This document shows positions 63,991-64,000 of a stretch of 64,000 bases of DNA, in pieces. Below the pieces are notes generated by a model that worked only from the letters and a program-made list of their open reading frames with translations, searched no databases and was not told the origin of the DNA. Both the position numbers and the translations under genes were made by a program. Position 1 is the stretch's first letter. The number at the start of each line of letters is the position of its first letter. Origin of the DNA: Mobula hypostoma (lineage: Eukaryota); contig NC_086110.1 of NCBI RefSeq assembly GCF_963921235.1, positions 9,486,001 through 9,550,000 on the forward strand. Direction: 5' to 3'.

Positions 63991-64000
63991 TCAATGCATG

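Overview
Vertebrate genomic DNA, most likely from a cartilaginous fish (ray or shark; inferred from the repeat content and the gene type). Most of the window is transposon-derived: CR1, L1/Tx1, RTE and Rex1/Babar-like LINEs, Penelope elements, Tc1/mariner elements, Gypsy elements and solo LTRs. One complete host gene can be assembled by hand on the minus strand (21609->15093, 7 coding exons, all GT-AG, 355 aa). It encodes a signal peptide, an Ig V domain with a germline-joined J-like G strand, an Ig C1 domain, an uncharged TM helix and a tail with four ITIM/ITSM-like motifs. It is therefore a non-rearranging, antigen-receptor-like/SIRP-like inhibitory receptor. The 3' part of a second paralog lies at about 59.9-64 kb. 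There, a CR1 LINE has landed 7 nt into the first ITIM exon and supplies an in-frame splice donor, and I could not find the remaining ITIM exon(s). Host-gene exon boundaries and TSD-bounded elements were read to the base; other TE boundaries are approximate. No database searches were run.
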